From Octopus sinensis (taxonomy: Eukaryota): a stretch of 64,000 bases of DNA. The notes under the pieces were generated by a model. It was not told where the DNA came from and ran no database searches. It saw nothing but the letters and a program-made list of their open reading frames with translations. Position numbers and translations under genes: made by a program. This document shows, piece by piece, positions 1 through 12,483 of this stretch (the first letter of the stretch is position 1; every line of letters begins with the position of its first letter). Where the stretch lies: assembly GCF_006345805.1 (NCBI RefSeq), contig NC_042999.1, positions 51,336,001 to 51,400,000 on the forward strand. The letters run 5' to 3'.

Positions 1-382
1 CAAAACCATGAATAAATGGACATCACATTTGAGAGAATAATCTGAATGGGAAATGGTTAATGGTAAATATTGGAAATAAGAATGAAGCAAAATAGAATAA
101 TGTTTATTTGGGGCAGTTCCTGGAAATTTAATGGCTGGGTTTCAGTCTTATCAGGATTGGAGAGTCTTCAGACAGGATGGTCACAGACTCTGTTTATTCA
201 AACTGTTAAACACATAATTTTGTTTGAAAACAAGAGGTCGGATTGTATAATATGTATAGAGAACGTTTGGGCTAAATTTCACAGGAAAAGAAAATAGAAT
301 ATTCCATCCAAAAATTAAAATATTTTGAACAATAAAAAGAAAAATATCGACCTGGATTATAGCTGGGGGATAACAGATTACT

Positions 383-645
383 CATCATCATCATCGTTTA
401 ACGTCCGTTCTCCATGCTAGCATGGGTTGGACGGTTCTGGGAAGCCAGAAGGCTGCACCAGGCTCCAGTCTTATCTGGCAATGTTTCTACAGCTGGATGC
501 CCTTCCTAACGCCAACCACTCTGTGAGTGTAGTGGGTGCTTTCTACGTGCCACCTGCACAGGTGCCAGGCGAGGCTGGCAACGACCATGGTCGGATTAGT
601 GTATTTTATGTGCCACCGGCACGGAAGCCAGTTGAGGCGGCGCAA
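383..645 (-). mobile_element. Short RTE 3'-tail copy (representative of ~25 in the window)
   Basis: catcatcatcgtttaacgtccg...ggatgcccttcctaacgccaaccact. Other minus copies near 15665, 16298, 23183, 27506, 30895, 33385, 33860, 41217, 52135, 55882, 56690, 57265; plus copies near 20275-20495, 36390-36610, 37438-37590, 41780-42042, 43850-44080, 48140-48360, 56370-56630, 62820-63100. Confidence 0.9.
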
Positions 646-1275
646 GTATCCATATTTAGTTTCAACCATGGCCTCAACTGACAAATGCATTCCTCAGTGT
701 GTCCCTGAGAAGATTTTTGAATACCTTCTTGATCATGGTCACCAGTGTTGCTTTGGTATTGCAAACGGAGTGCATGGGGTTTCTTAACCACACCCACACA
801 CAGTAATCCATGGTATTACAATTGGGGAGAGAATTAGGAGGCCAGAAATTGGGGCTAGTGAAGTCATAAAAATTCTCAAGGAACCAGATCTTGCTGCCAC
901 ACATATGACCTTCAAGCAGTAACCCTCTCCAGCCAAGGTTTGACCAGTTTCTCTCAGCTTCATGTAACTATCTGAATTGAGCTTAAGGCCCTGTTCAAGG
1001 ATGGAGTGGGATGGGAGAGAATTCTGGCATGCAAGTGCAGTAAGAATGCTTACTTTGTCCTTTCCTGCTGGACACAGCTTCATAGTCTCTGTTGCAGCAA
1101 TCCATGTCACATCCTTTAGCCTTTACAGCATTCACAGAGTTTTGAGCAGCGGTCATGATATTGGCATTTTGTCTGTAAATCATTGTGATAAGATGGTCTT
1201 CCATTCTTGACCATCCTGCTTTCTAAGGGGGATAATATTTAATGTGAATTGGCATCTATTTCTGGCAAGTAAAAC

Positions 1276-1605
1276 GACCATGTAGAAGAATATTTAAGAA
1301 TTGAAATGGTTTATATAAAAATCTCATTGAAACTTAATAAAATAATTTTTGTTAGTAAATTTCTGTAAAATTTATTTAACTCTTTAGCATTTAAACTGGC
1401 CAAAATATTCCAGTTTTATGTTCAAATCTAGCCTCTCGCTAGACCATGTAGAAGAATATCTAAGAATTGAAATGGTTTATATAAAAATCTCATTGAAACT
1501 TAATAAAATGATTTTTGTTAGTAAATTTCTGTAAAATTTATTTAACTCTTTAGCATTTAAACTGGCCAAAATATTCCAGTTTTATGTTCAAATCTAGCCT
1601 CTCTC
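1276..1605 (+). repeat. Direct tandem duplication, 166-bp unit x2
   Basis: gaccatgtagaagaata at 1276 and 1442; includes the left end of a TTAA MITE. Confidence 0.9.
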
Positions 1606-2849
1606 GCACCAACAATATCATTCTAAAACTTACCCACATCAAAATCTCAAAGCTACAAGATAATGTAGATTAATTGAAAACAATGAATATAAATAAGCAT
1701 TACTTTTGATAGAATATTGTGAATGCGAAAAGGGTTCAAATCTAAATCATTTCAAGTGTTTTAAATTTCTACCATAAATCTTAATAACCAACATCATTTA
1801 ACTCTTCTCACTTTCCTCCTCCTCCTCCCCCCTCTGTCATTTTGCTTCCTCCTTTCCCTCCTTCACCTCCCACTAACACATAATGAGGCAGCTTAGCTTG
1901 TTGAACAGCAAGTGTGTGTGTGCGTGTGTGTATACACATGCTTACACACACACACACACACACACACTGTCAGACAGACAGTCAGCAAGCTATGACTGAT
2001 GGCAGAGCAAGGCAAATGAGTACAGTATAGAGGCTACAGTAAGAGAGAGAGAGAGAGGCTGGCTGCTTGCTTCAATGGCTGTCTGGTTGGCTGTGTGTGT
2101 GTGTGGTTGTTGCAGTTCAACTAGAGTCCAAATCAGATGAACTTTTGACACTGTCTTCAATACTGGGAAGAAAGAAAAGAAAAAAAAGGGGAAATAAAAA
2201 TGTTGCACAGTGTTTTTAGTTGACCTATTGACCTTGTCTGGAATAGAACCTGCTTCCTCCTACCTCACATACTTGTGTTTTTTGTTTATTCTTTGAAGAG
2301 AATACATTTTTCTATTTTGGTAAAGTGGCTTTTCTTCTCTCCAAGTCTCTCTCTCTGCTGCTTTAATTAGGGCCCCCCCCCCCGACTTCTTAATCTTTAA
2401 TTGGATTATTTCAGAATTATTTTTACTGTTAAAGCTGTCCCTTTCTTCCATCTAAATTCCATAAAACCCTTTGTTTATAGTTGCTGGCAGCAGAAGGGTT
2501 TAATAAGGATTTGGGAAATAATGTTCTGTGGTGTGGAGAGAATCAATCTCTCTGTACTTGGAGCAAATAATGTTGGACTGACCATTGTTTGGGAATAGAT
2601 TATAGTGGTACAACCATGGGCGGGGGGGGGGATACTAGTAACTCTCCTTCCCCACTGTGTTTTTTTTTTTTCCTTTTATAACTTTTGCACATCTTTGGAC
2701 TGTGACCATGCTGGGGCAGGGATTAGTTGAACAAATCGGCCTCAGTACTTTTTATAAAATCTGTTACTTATTCTATTAGTCCTCTTTTGCTAGACTGCTA
2801 AGTTATGAGGGTGTAAGTAAACAAACATGTTTATATATATATATATATA

Positions 2850-3245
2850 GGCGCAGGAGTGGCTGTGTGGTAAGTAGCTTGCTAACCAACCACATGGTTC
2901 CGGGTTCAGTCCCACTGCGTGGCATCTTGGGCAAGTGTTTTCTACTATAGCCCCAGGCTGACCAATGCCTTGTGAGTGGATTTGGTAGACGGAAACTGAA
3001 AGAAGCCTGTCGTGTATATATATATATATATGTGTATGTCTGTTTGTGCATCTGTGTTTGTCCCTCTGGCATTGCTTGACAGCCGATGCTGGTGTGTTTG
3101 CGTCCCCGTCACTTAGCGGTTCGGCAAAAGAGACCGATAGAATGAGTACTGGGCTTACAAAGAATGAGTCTCGGGGTCAATTTGCTCAACTGTATGCGGT
3201 GCTCCAGCATGGCCGTAGTCAAATGACTGAAACAAGTAAAAGAGT
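2850..3245 (+). mobile_element. tRNA-derived SINE family A, full length
   Basis: Head ggcgcaggagtggctgtgtggtaag...ggttcagtccc (A/B boxes), internal (TA)/(TG) tract, tail gcatggccgcagtcaaatgactgaaacaagtaaaagag. Other copies: 3695-4050 +, 6385-6790 -, 10178-10410 +, 12725-13050 +, 27161-27391 +, 28175-28427 -, 45851-46250 +. Confidence 0.9.
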
Positions 3246-3787
3246 ATATATATATGTGTGTGTGTGTGTGTTTTTATGATCAGTTATAATAACAATTTTA
3301 CATTAATCTGATGGGTTACTCCATAATACCTGCAAAGACACACACACACACATACATATATATTGGAGCCTGGTGCAGTCTTGATGATAGAGGAGAAAAT
3401 CTGACCTCGGCTGAATTTGAACTCGGAACGTAGCAGCAGATGAAATACTGCTAAGCATTTCGCCCGGCGTGCTAACGTTTCTGTCACACATATATATGTG
3501 TGTGTACACACACTCACACATCAAGCTTCTCCACAGTTTGTTTTCCAAATCTGCTCCTGGGCCATCAGTTGGCCTGGGGCTTAAGTAGAAGACTAAAGCC
3601 ACCATGTAGTGGGACTGAACTTGAAACCTCATGACTGCCAAGCTAACTCCTTAACTACATAGTCATACCTGTGCCCAACCCTTAAAAACTTCCACTGGCA
3701 CCTTGGGCAAGTGTCTTCTACTATAGCCTCGGGCCGACCAAAGCCTTGTCAGTAGATTTGGTAGACGGAAACTGAAAGAAGCCCGTC

Positions 3788-3835
<48 letters not shown>

Positions 3836-5040
3836 ATGTTCGTGTGTCTGTGTTTGTCCCCCTAGCATTGCTTGACAACCGATGCTGGTGTATTTACGTC
3901 CCCGTTACTTAGCGGTTCGGCAAAAGAGACCGATAGAATAAGTACCTGGCTTACAAAAGAATAAGTCCCGGGGTCAAGTTGCTCGATTAAAGGCGGTGCT
4001 CCAGCATGGCCACAGTCAAATGACTGAAACAAGTAAAAGAGTAAAGAGTAATTAAAATGAAATATTTGCCACATGTTTTAATAAATTTGAAGTTTTCTAA
4101 ATTATTTCAACATCAGTGTTACGTTGACCATTTCTCTCTTTCTGCAAACCCCGTTTTCAATTTATTATTAATTAGGGTGTCTATTGAAATGAGACACTGA
4201 TCAGTGTGTACATCAGTGACTAATGTGACTGATTTGACTGGTGTGATTGGGGGAATGTAGTTAACCGTTTAACATTCCGATCACTCTGTCAAATGTGATG
4301 CCTATTTATTCAGATTTTCCCTCTCTCTCTTTCGGAGAGGCACTGAGCAGCTATACGCACACATACACACATGACAGTAACTTCCACCTACTGAATTCAA
4401 TCACAAACCTTCGGTTGGCTCGGGGCTATAGTAGAAGACACCTACCCAAAGTGCCACGCAGTGGGACTGAACCCGAAACCATGTAGCTAGGAAGCAAGCT
4501 TCCTAACCACACAGCCATGCCTAATTCAGACATTAGCTCATAGCATTGAGATTTCAATGATGTGATTGTTAATTTTTAGAATAACATTGTAGGGTAGGTG
4601 TGAGAGATCGGATCTGGCCAGTGTGAACATAAGACCAGTAAAATATTTGGGCCAGATAGGCCACTTTATTAAATGCTAAAAAGGTTACAATCAGAGGTTG
4701 GGGGAGGGAACAGAATTGACTGTGGGAGGATGGGGTAGAGGTAGATAACTGGAGGGAAATGAGAAAATAGTTTGTGTTAGGGGACAGGATTCAGTGTAGC
4801 AGTGATTGTTGTAGTAAGGGTAGGAGGAGCAGGTTCGGTTGAAGGGAATTAAATGACTTTATTTTCGATATTGTTAAATATATCTGTGGTTGTAGTGTCA
4901 GATCTGTGAGGGTTGTTGTAGTAGTAGTAGTAGTAGTAGTAATGATGGTGTCACATAGCTGTGTGTGTCGCAGTAGTGTCACAGATGTGTTGCAGTGGTG
5001 TCAACAGTTCTATGATTGTCCAGTTCAGTTGTCAACCATC

Positions 5041-5480
5041 TTAAGTTAGGTTAATTTTTTGGCTCAAAAAGCAACGCCATGTAGGGGGACATGGAGCTAT
5101 GTACAGGGTGGTGTTCATGCAAAGAGTTCAGGCCATTTGTGGTCAAGGGAGACTTTGAACTGAGCGGTCGTCGGCGTCTTCACTATCTCGTCCGGCAGCT
5201 TATTCCATGGATCTGCAACCCGGACGGAGAAAGCCCCTCTCCTTCGATTGAGATGAAATTGTCGCAGATAGAGCTTTACAGAGTGACCCCGCAGCCGACG
5301 CTCTGGAGCAGGAGTGAAGAACAGCTCTTTCGAGAGGTTACACTTTCCACTTATGATGTTGTGAGCAAGAATGAGATCACCACGGCGTCGTCGTTTTTCT
5401 AGAGAATAAAGGTCAAGCGTCTTCGGCCTTTCTTCATAAGACAAATGCTTGAGACCAAGAAGCATTACAGTTTGGTTGAA
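5041..5480 (-). mobile_element. CR1-clade LINE 3' end
   Basis: ORF 5115..5465 LKHLSYEER...LYSLEKRRRRGDLI...RGHSVKL...FSVRVADPWNKLP; the same 3' end recurs at 17408-17595 (+) and 52296-52410 (+, (TAACT)n tail). Confidence 0.9.
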
Positions 5481-7232
5481 GTATTTTCTGGTTCTGAAAA
5501 AGAAGTCTTTAAGAGGTCAGGGGTGGTGGTGGTGTGGAGAGTAGTGACAGACAGGGTTAGGGAGGTGGTATTAAGCTATACAGTTGTGTCCCTCATATTT
5601 CGAGTTCAAATCTCAATAAGATAAAACATAGCCTTCTGAGCAAATTTGATAAAATACCAATTATGTCTTTGAGGTTTAATTTCACCGACACCCCCACGCA
5701 CCCCTGATCTCTCTCACACACACACACACACATACCAAGTGAGGCCATACTGCTATGTTAAAAAGTAATTATATATTTGTGATGGAATTTGAAGGATCAT
5801 TAAAATAAGTACCAGTTTCAACACTGGGGTGGGTGTGTGTGTGGGGGGGGGGGGTAGCGGGGGTCAATATAATCAGCTAATACCTCCTCTCTCTAAAATT
5901 ACTGGTCTTGGTTCTAAAATTTGAAAAGCAGTTGTTATTCCACTGAAGTGTAAAGGTTAAACGAAGCTAACTTGTTAAGAAAGTAATTATATATTTGCGA
6001 TGGAATTTGCAGGTTTTCTGTTCATGGACCTGGATATTGTTTAGGGTGTGTAGAGATTTGAGAAGGGGTGAGGGTTGGTATGATGGGTGAGGTTATGTCT
6101 GTTGGGAGATGTAACAACAAATACACCATGGAAGTAGGAGAGAGTTTGGTAGACAGCCCCAGGGTGATTGTTTCTCTTGTTGGTGATGATGGGAGGAACC
6201 TTTATAAGGAGAGATGCCACTAAAGAGATCCACTGATTCTGCTAATGGACAGAACTGGCCTGACTGCAGTAGATGGGATTAGTTGTTGTTTTTAGCCTAA
6301 GGCAACTCTGGTCGAGTTGATCTATAATCAGGGAAATTGACATTCTATCTGTGACCATCCTGTCTTTTATTCAGACATAGTATCTCTTTCTCTTTTACTT
6401 GTTTCAGTCATTTGACTGCGGCCATGCTGGGGAACCACCTTTTGTCGAGCAAATCGACCCCGGGACTTATTCCTTGTAAGCCCAGTACTTATTCTATCGG
6501 TCTCTTTTGCCGAACCGCTAAGTGACGGGGACGTTAACACACCCGCATCGTTTGTCAAGCAATGCTAGGGGGACAAACACAGACACACAAACATATACAC
6601 ACATACATATATATATATACATATATGCGACAGGCTTCTTTCAGTTTCCGTCTACCAAATCCACTCACAAGTCATTGGTCGGTCCGGGACTATAGCAGAA
6701 GACACTTGCCCAAGATGCCATGCAGTGGGACTGAACCCGGAACCATGTGGCTGGTAAGCAAGCTACTTACCACACAGCCACTCCTACGCCTATATCTAAA
6801 AATATATAACTTTTATTTTTAAAAAAAAAAGACTAATTTGAGGGAAATTTGTTGGAGTGGAATTTTTTTTGCAACTGTTGTTGTCCGTCAGCTCCAGTGT
6901 ATCTTGTCCTTATTGTTGTCACCGTCTCCCTACCACAGTGACTGCTATTAATGGTGACCCTATGATTGAAAACTGTTCATGTTGTCTCTGAGGCAGATGA
7001 AAGCTAAACTTTACTCTCACCAATATTCTTATAATTGTTAGTTTTGAAAACCATTGTATTTGTTGTAAAAACTAATGGAGATATGTGTAGCGATGGGGAA
7101 CAAGTGTGCAGGAATATTGGAGACTTTGGCATTAGGAAGGACATCCAGCTATAGAAAACCATGCCAAATCAAACTGGAGTCTGGTGCAGTCTTTCAGCTT
7201 ACCATCCCTGGTTAAACTGTCCGACCTATACC

Positions 7233-7466
7233 TATTTCTTTACTGCCTACAAGGGGCTAAACACAGAGAGGACAAACAAGGACAAACAAACAGATTAAGT
7301 CGATTATATCGACCCAGTGCGTAACTGGTACTTAATTTATCGACCCCGAAAGGATGAAGGGCAAAGTCAACCTCGGCGGAATTTGAACTCAGAACGTAGC
7401 AGCAGACGAAATACGGCTACACATTTTGCCTGGCATGCTAACGATTCTGCCAGCTCGCCACCTTAA
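7233..7466 (-). mobile_element. tRNA-derived SINE family B
   Basis: Reverse-complement head aaggtggcgagctggcagaatc...gagttcaaattcc, then gttgactttgcctttcatcctttcggggtcgataaattaagtaccag (resembles a conserved Meta/V-type SINE central domain; inference). Copies at 20048-20277, 26490-26670, 26730-26910 (-) and 7935-8060 (+). Confidence 0.8.
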
Positions 7467-8084
7467 TCCTATACCAGCATGGACAACAAGTGTTAAATGA
7501 TGATGATGATGATAAGAGAGAGGTTAGATATCATCAATGCCTAATGAGAGGTAACTGATAATTATGGTTGATGTTCAGGTGAAAAGACACCGTCTTTCAT
7601 AACGAAATTCCTTTACAGAAGGTAACTGGAACAAATTGCAGAGAAAGACATGCTGACCAATATTGGTCTGTGTCTCTTGGCATAGAGCAAAGGGAATTTT
7701 CCAGTAGGTTGTTTTGTACAATAACTCACCAGCAGCAAAGATAAGAATCTATGACTAAAATTGATTCCAGTCCATTTAGAAACTGGGGGAATCCTTACAA
7801 ACATTTATTGCGATTGGAAGTCACATTTTGTTCTAGGAAATGGTTCTCTGGCAATCTTTTGTCTGAAGTGAACCATTCCAAGCTGTATTTTGGGACAAAT
7901 AAATACAGGATACAATGTCAGGTTATATCCTTAAGGTAGCAAACTGGCAGAATTGTAAGCAATATTTCTTATGACTCATACCCTGAGTTCAAATCGTGCC
8001 TGGGCTGACTTTAACTGCTATCCTTTTGGGGTCATTAAAATAAGTACCAGTTGAGCACTGGTGGGGGTGTCAACATAATCAACT

Positions 8085-9525
8085 ATCTGTACCAGATAGC
8101 CAGGAGGGAGGCTGGATGACAGGTATACATAGCCAAGGGAGAATCAGAAAAGAAGTTTGCCAATGTCCAGTGACGTGAGGACCATAGAACTGAAGTATTT
8201 CGGATTGCAAGACAGTGTATGAGAGAAAATTGTGATGTCACAGGAGAGAAATGTGTCCACATGGATGATGGTGCACTTGCTTTTAATGATTCAGAAAAGA
8301 AAGAGGCTTGGAGAAGCCATTATGAAAGACTGCTGGACATGGAGAATGAAAGGGAGGAGGAGAGCCTGCCAAATGTTGACCCAGTAGAGGGATCAGCTAT
8401 CCAAATAGACAGCAGCCTGGTAGATAAAGCAATTAAGGGTATAAAGTCAGGAAAAGCCCCTGGTCCATCAGAAATCACTGCTGAGATGCTGGTGGTGTGG
8501 GATATGGTCAAGTCGCCCATATTGTAAACCAAGTAGTTCATGAGGGAGTCATACCCAATGACTGGCATAGCAACACCCTAGTCAACTGCGACAAAGGTAA
8601 AGGTGATGCTTTAGATAGAAATAACTACTGAGGTATCAAACTACTGGATCAGGTGATGATGGTTATGGAGAGGGTCATAGCCCGACTAATTAGGGAGAGA
8701 GTCTGCTTAGATGAGATGCAGTTTGCTTTTGTGCCAGGTAGAAGCACCACTGATGCAATATTCCTGGTAAGGCAACTGCCAGAGGAATACCTAGCCAAAC
8801 ATTAACCCTATACTTGGCTTTTGTTGACTTGGAGAACGCCTTTGACATGGTCCCCCAGTCCCTTATCTGGTGGGTGATGCGTAAACTGAGGATTGATGAA
8901 TGGTTAATAAGTACTGTACAGGTCCTGAATTCTGGGTAGAAATAGAGGTCAACCAAGGATCAGCCCCTTCATATTCATCATAGTCCTCCAGGCAGTAACA
9001 GAGGAATTCAAGACAGTTTGCCCCTGGGAGCTCCTCTATGCTGATGACCTGGCCCTCATAACAGAATCATTACCAGAATTAGAGAAGAAAATTCAGGTGT
9101 GGAAGCAAGGTTTAGAATCGAAGGGCCTTAGGAGTCAATGTTGCAAAGACCAAAGTTCTAGTAAGTAGGAAGTGAACACATCACATACCCCTTCAGGTAG
9201 ATGGCCCTGCTTGATCTGTAGAAAAGGTCTAGGTAGAAACTCCATAAGATGTACCCAGTGTAAGCTATGGACACATAAGAGGTGCAGCAACATCAAAGGG
9301 AGATTAACCGAGAAGATAGCTTTCGTGTGCAGCAGGTGCAAAGGGGCAATAAACACCACAGGTGCTCAGAAAACAGATTCCATCACATACTAGGGGGGAA
9401 AACTAGAAGTAGTTGATAGCTTCTGCTACCTAGGGGACCAAATCTGTAATGGGGGTTGGGAGCTCAGAGAGCGTTGCCTCTAGAATAAGAATAGCCTGGG
9501 CAAAGTTCAGAAAGCTCCTACCTCT
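8085..9525 (+). mobile_element. RTE-clade LINE ORF2 relic (reverse transcriptase region), frameshifted
   Basis: Peptides GKAPGPSEITAEML, KGKGDALDRNNY, QFAFVPGRSTTDAIF, LLYADDLAL (ctatgctgatgac near 9037) and RIAWAKFR; multiple stops and frameshifts. Confidence 0.9.
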
Positions 9526-9745
9526 AAACTTTCATCACCTGGTCCAGCAATTTGATGCTGCTAACTATTTCAAAGACATCACCTTTACTTTTGTAGCCAT
9601 TGTTTATAATGCTGCCACACCAGTCATTGCATATGATGCCTTCTATCTCAGGGGAGGGGCTATTGACAGTTTTGTGGAGAATGATATGGGTAGTCAGATC
9701 CTGAGGGACCCGACTTGTATTGACAGCCCAGAGTGACCTTCGCAG
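9524..9745 (-). mobile_element. Inverted RTE RT fragment abutting the forward copy
   Basis: Reverse complement encodes NDWCGSIINNGYKSKGDVFEIVSSIKLLDQVMKV, homologous to 8560-8660. Confidence 0.7.
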
Positions 9746-11225
9746 GTGGCTGCTCTGGTGCTGGAAAGAAAGTATGCAATCTTATAATTGTGCTCGTGTG
9801 AAAACGAGAATTATAGAATTCTTGTTTGGAGCCCCGGATTGCAGTTGCAGGAATGCCTGCAAGTCACAAGAAAATTACTCGGGGACAGATTGTAGTGGTT
9901 TATCACTTGTAATTTGTGTATAAATTATGTTTTGTATTTGTGTGGACTTTTGAGTCTAAATATATTGTATTTTAAATTGTAAGAGGGTCAATACCTCTGC
10001 ATATGTGTTTTTAAAGAACAATGTTTTAAGAGAAGCAGAGGGTCGGTGGGCGCTTTCTGTCTTCTCCCATCCTTATCATTTTGTATTATTATCATCATTC
10101 GCCTCATCAATGTCTTGTCCAGCCTGCAAAGCTACCCATCTCTGTACTGCGTCTATGGCAAATGAAATGAATAAAAGTAGCTTGCTTACCAACCACATGG
10201 TTCTGGGTTCAGTCCCACTGTGTGGGCAAGTGTCTTCTACTATAGCCTCGGGTTGACCAAAGCCTTGTGAATGGATTTGGTAGACGGAAACTGAAAGAAG
10301 CCCGTCGTATATATGTGTATGTATGTGTATATGTTTGTGTGTCTGTCTTTGCCCCCCCCCCCAATATCGCTTGACGGCCGGTGCTGGTGTGTTTATGTCC
10401 CCGTAACTTACCTTCCTTCTCCATGTTATTGTTCGTCTCTGTGTTGTGCTTTCTTTGCCAGGAAAGGTTTTGGATGATAATAATGAAGAAAAGATGTTCT
10501 GTGCCTTTTCCTTGTGAGAACATAATGACTTGCTATTCCACCCCTCCACCCAATACATAACTAAAAAAAAATAATACACATTCATAATTCATTTACATTT
10601 CCAATGTCATGGGTGTTTGCTATGCATTTTTGTTTGATGATTGTCAGTGGAATTAATATAAGCAAGAAGTATTTGAGGAAGACAGAAGAAAGATTTCTGA
10701 TCGTGGTGATGAGGGGAGGGGTAATGGATGGGAGTGTCATAAGCAAGCTATTAAGTAACTATTATGAGACAGGGAAAAATATTGGTATTAAAAACTTTCA
10801 TAACAAGATGAGAGAAACATTGGCTGCTCAGTCAGTTAGAGGTCTGTGTCTAACATCTGTTCAGTTAAAACTCTCAGGAGCACAATGCTTGCTGCAAAAT
10901 CTTTAGAGGTTGCATGTGAGGGAAAGGCAAAAATATAAAGTGAAGAGGGGCTACAGAAGCACATTAAATTAAGAGCAATACAATAGTGCAAGTGTAAATC
11001 CACAAAGTAGAATGGAGGATGAAGTGATATATACTAAAGCTAGGAAGAAGAAATGTGTGTGTGTGTTGTCATGAAGCATAGAGCTTGTTTGAAAGTGAAT
11101 TTCTTGTTATTGGACCAAGTTCAGAAACACATTAGAATAACAAACAGTTTTGAAACTATGTGCAACTTCTCTACTTCACAGCCATCATCATTTAACGTCT
11201 ACTGTCCATGGGTTGGACGAAACAG

Positions 11226-11334
11226 GTTTACAACACCTAGATTTCCCAAGCGGTCACCCATCTGAGTATTAACCAGGTTTGGTGTTGCTTAACTTTGGTG
11301 ATCAGACAGGAACCGGTGTTTTCATGGCATAAAC
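11226..11334 (-). pseudogene. Degenerate 5S rRNA copy (retrocopy or SINE3-like head)
   Basis: Reverse complement gccat--gaaaacaccggttcctgtctgatcaccaaagttaagcaacaccaaacctggttaatactcagatgggtgaccgcttgggaaatctaggtgttgtaaac aligns by eye with molluscan 5S rRNA. Box A (AGTTAAGCAAC) and box C (ATGGGTGACC) are recognisable, with an ~8-nt 5' deletion and many substitutions. Confidence 0.85.
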
Positions 11335-11549
11335 CATGGAGGGAGTGTGTTGCCCCTTTGAGACAAGTAAAAGAGGACATGAAATTTCCTCCTGTTACGC
11401 CTTAAAGTGTATGGGGGAGGGAGGGAGGGGCGCATTTCAGTTGCTCCTCCTCAAAGTGTAGCAAAAGTCTGTATGTCTCTAAGATAGCTTCCTTTGTCGT
11501 CAAATAACACTGACATTAATTCTGTTATTTCATGTTTACTGTTTTGCAG

Positions 11550-11692
11550 CTCGTGAAGAAAATGTTTGTAAAGCTGATACAGTATTTCGTTCCATGTTGC
11601 TAGAGGAATCTTTGTTACCAGAATCTGAATCTACCAACACAGAACAGCATAACAGTCATAAACCATCCACAATATTACGACTAGGACCAGCA
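11550..11692 (+). CDS. Penultimate coding exon of an unidentified plus-strand gene (REENVCKADTVFRSMLLEESLLPESESTNTEQHNSHKPSTILRLGPA)
   Basis: tttactgttttgcag|CT CGT... CCA GCA|gtaagt; 143 nt, phase 1 to 0, open frame that joins in frame to 13520. Confidence 0.75.
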
Positions 11693-11870
11693 GTAAGTTC
11701 TTTCTCAAAGTTATTTCAATCATTTCTAAACTTTATGATCAATGTCTGTACATTAAAGGGGCTGTGTGCTGGTGTGTGAGGAGGAGTCACATTCATGGAT
11801 CAGTGTAGATTCTCTGAATTTGGTGACCTGTTGAATATGATAGGCTTCAGCTAATGCCTATTCATGTTGA

Positions 11871-12483
11871 GACCTTCGAACTTTAGGTCTCACCGAGGAA
11901 ATAACTAGAGACCGAGACCTTTGGAAGTATGCTGTGCGTGAGAAGACCCGGCAGGACAAGTGAGACCATAACCCGTGGCCTCTACATGGGATGTAGCGAT
12001 GTAGCCAGTCCACTTATGCATACTTTTCCTTCTTGGGACACAAAACTCTACTTGGGAAGACCTGTTGAGACAAGTGAAAATCGAAATCGATCAACATCAA
12101 TGAAAATTGCAGCTGTGATACCAGTGCCGGTGGTACGTAAGAGAACCATCCGAACGTGACCGTTGCCAGCGCCGCCCCGACTGGCTTCATGCCGGTGGCA
12201 CGTCAAAAGCACCATCCGATCGTGGCTGTTGCCAGCCTCGTCTGGCCCCCGTGCCAGTGGCACGCCAAAAGCACCATCTGATCGTGGCCGTTTGCCAGCC
12301 GCGTCTGGCACGTAAAAAGCACCCACTACACTCATGGAGTGGTTGGCATTAGGAAGGGCATCCAGCCGTAGAAACATTGCCAGATCAGACTGGGCCTGGT
12401 GCAGCCTTCTGGCTTCCCAGACCCCAGTTGAACCGTCCAACCCATGCTAGCATGGAAAGCGGACGCTAAACGATGATGATGAC
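11871..12483 (+). mobile_element. RTE 3' end (ORF2 stop region, 3' UTR and tail)
   Basis: Near-identical to 42770-43465; ends ggacgctaaacgatgatgatg. Confidence 0.9.

Noticed and set aside
2850-2925. SINE heads as genuine tRNA genes (also 31565-31636, 45851-45925)
   Set aside because: A/B boxes are present but no complete cloverleaf forms, and each continues into a repeated SINE body and tail.
7576-7930. Non-repetitive-looking stretch as a plus-strand exon
   Set aside because: No frame gives a convincing peptide with phases compatible with 11550.
10076-10585. Recurrent ORFs containing RASFSFRLPN / LDALPNANHS
   Set aside because: These are translations of SINE A and RTE-tail copies, not a gene family.
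11226-11334. Functional 5S rRNA gene
   Set aside because: It has a 5' deletion, many substitutions, no oligo-T terminator and a LINE tail, and it is not in an array.
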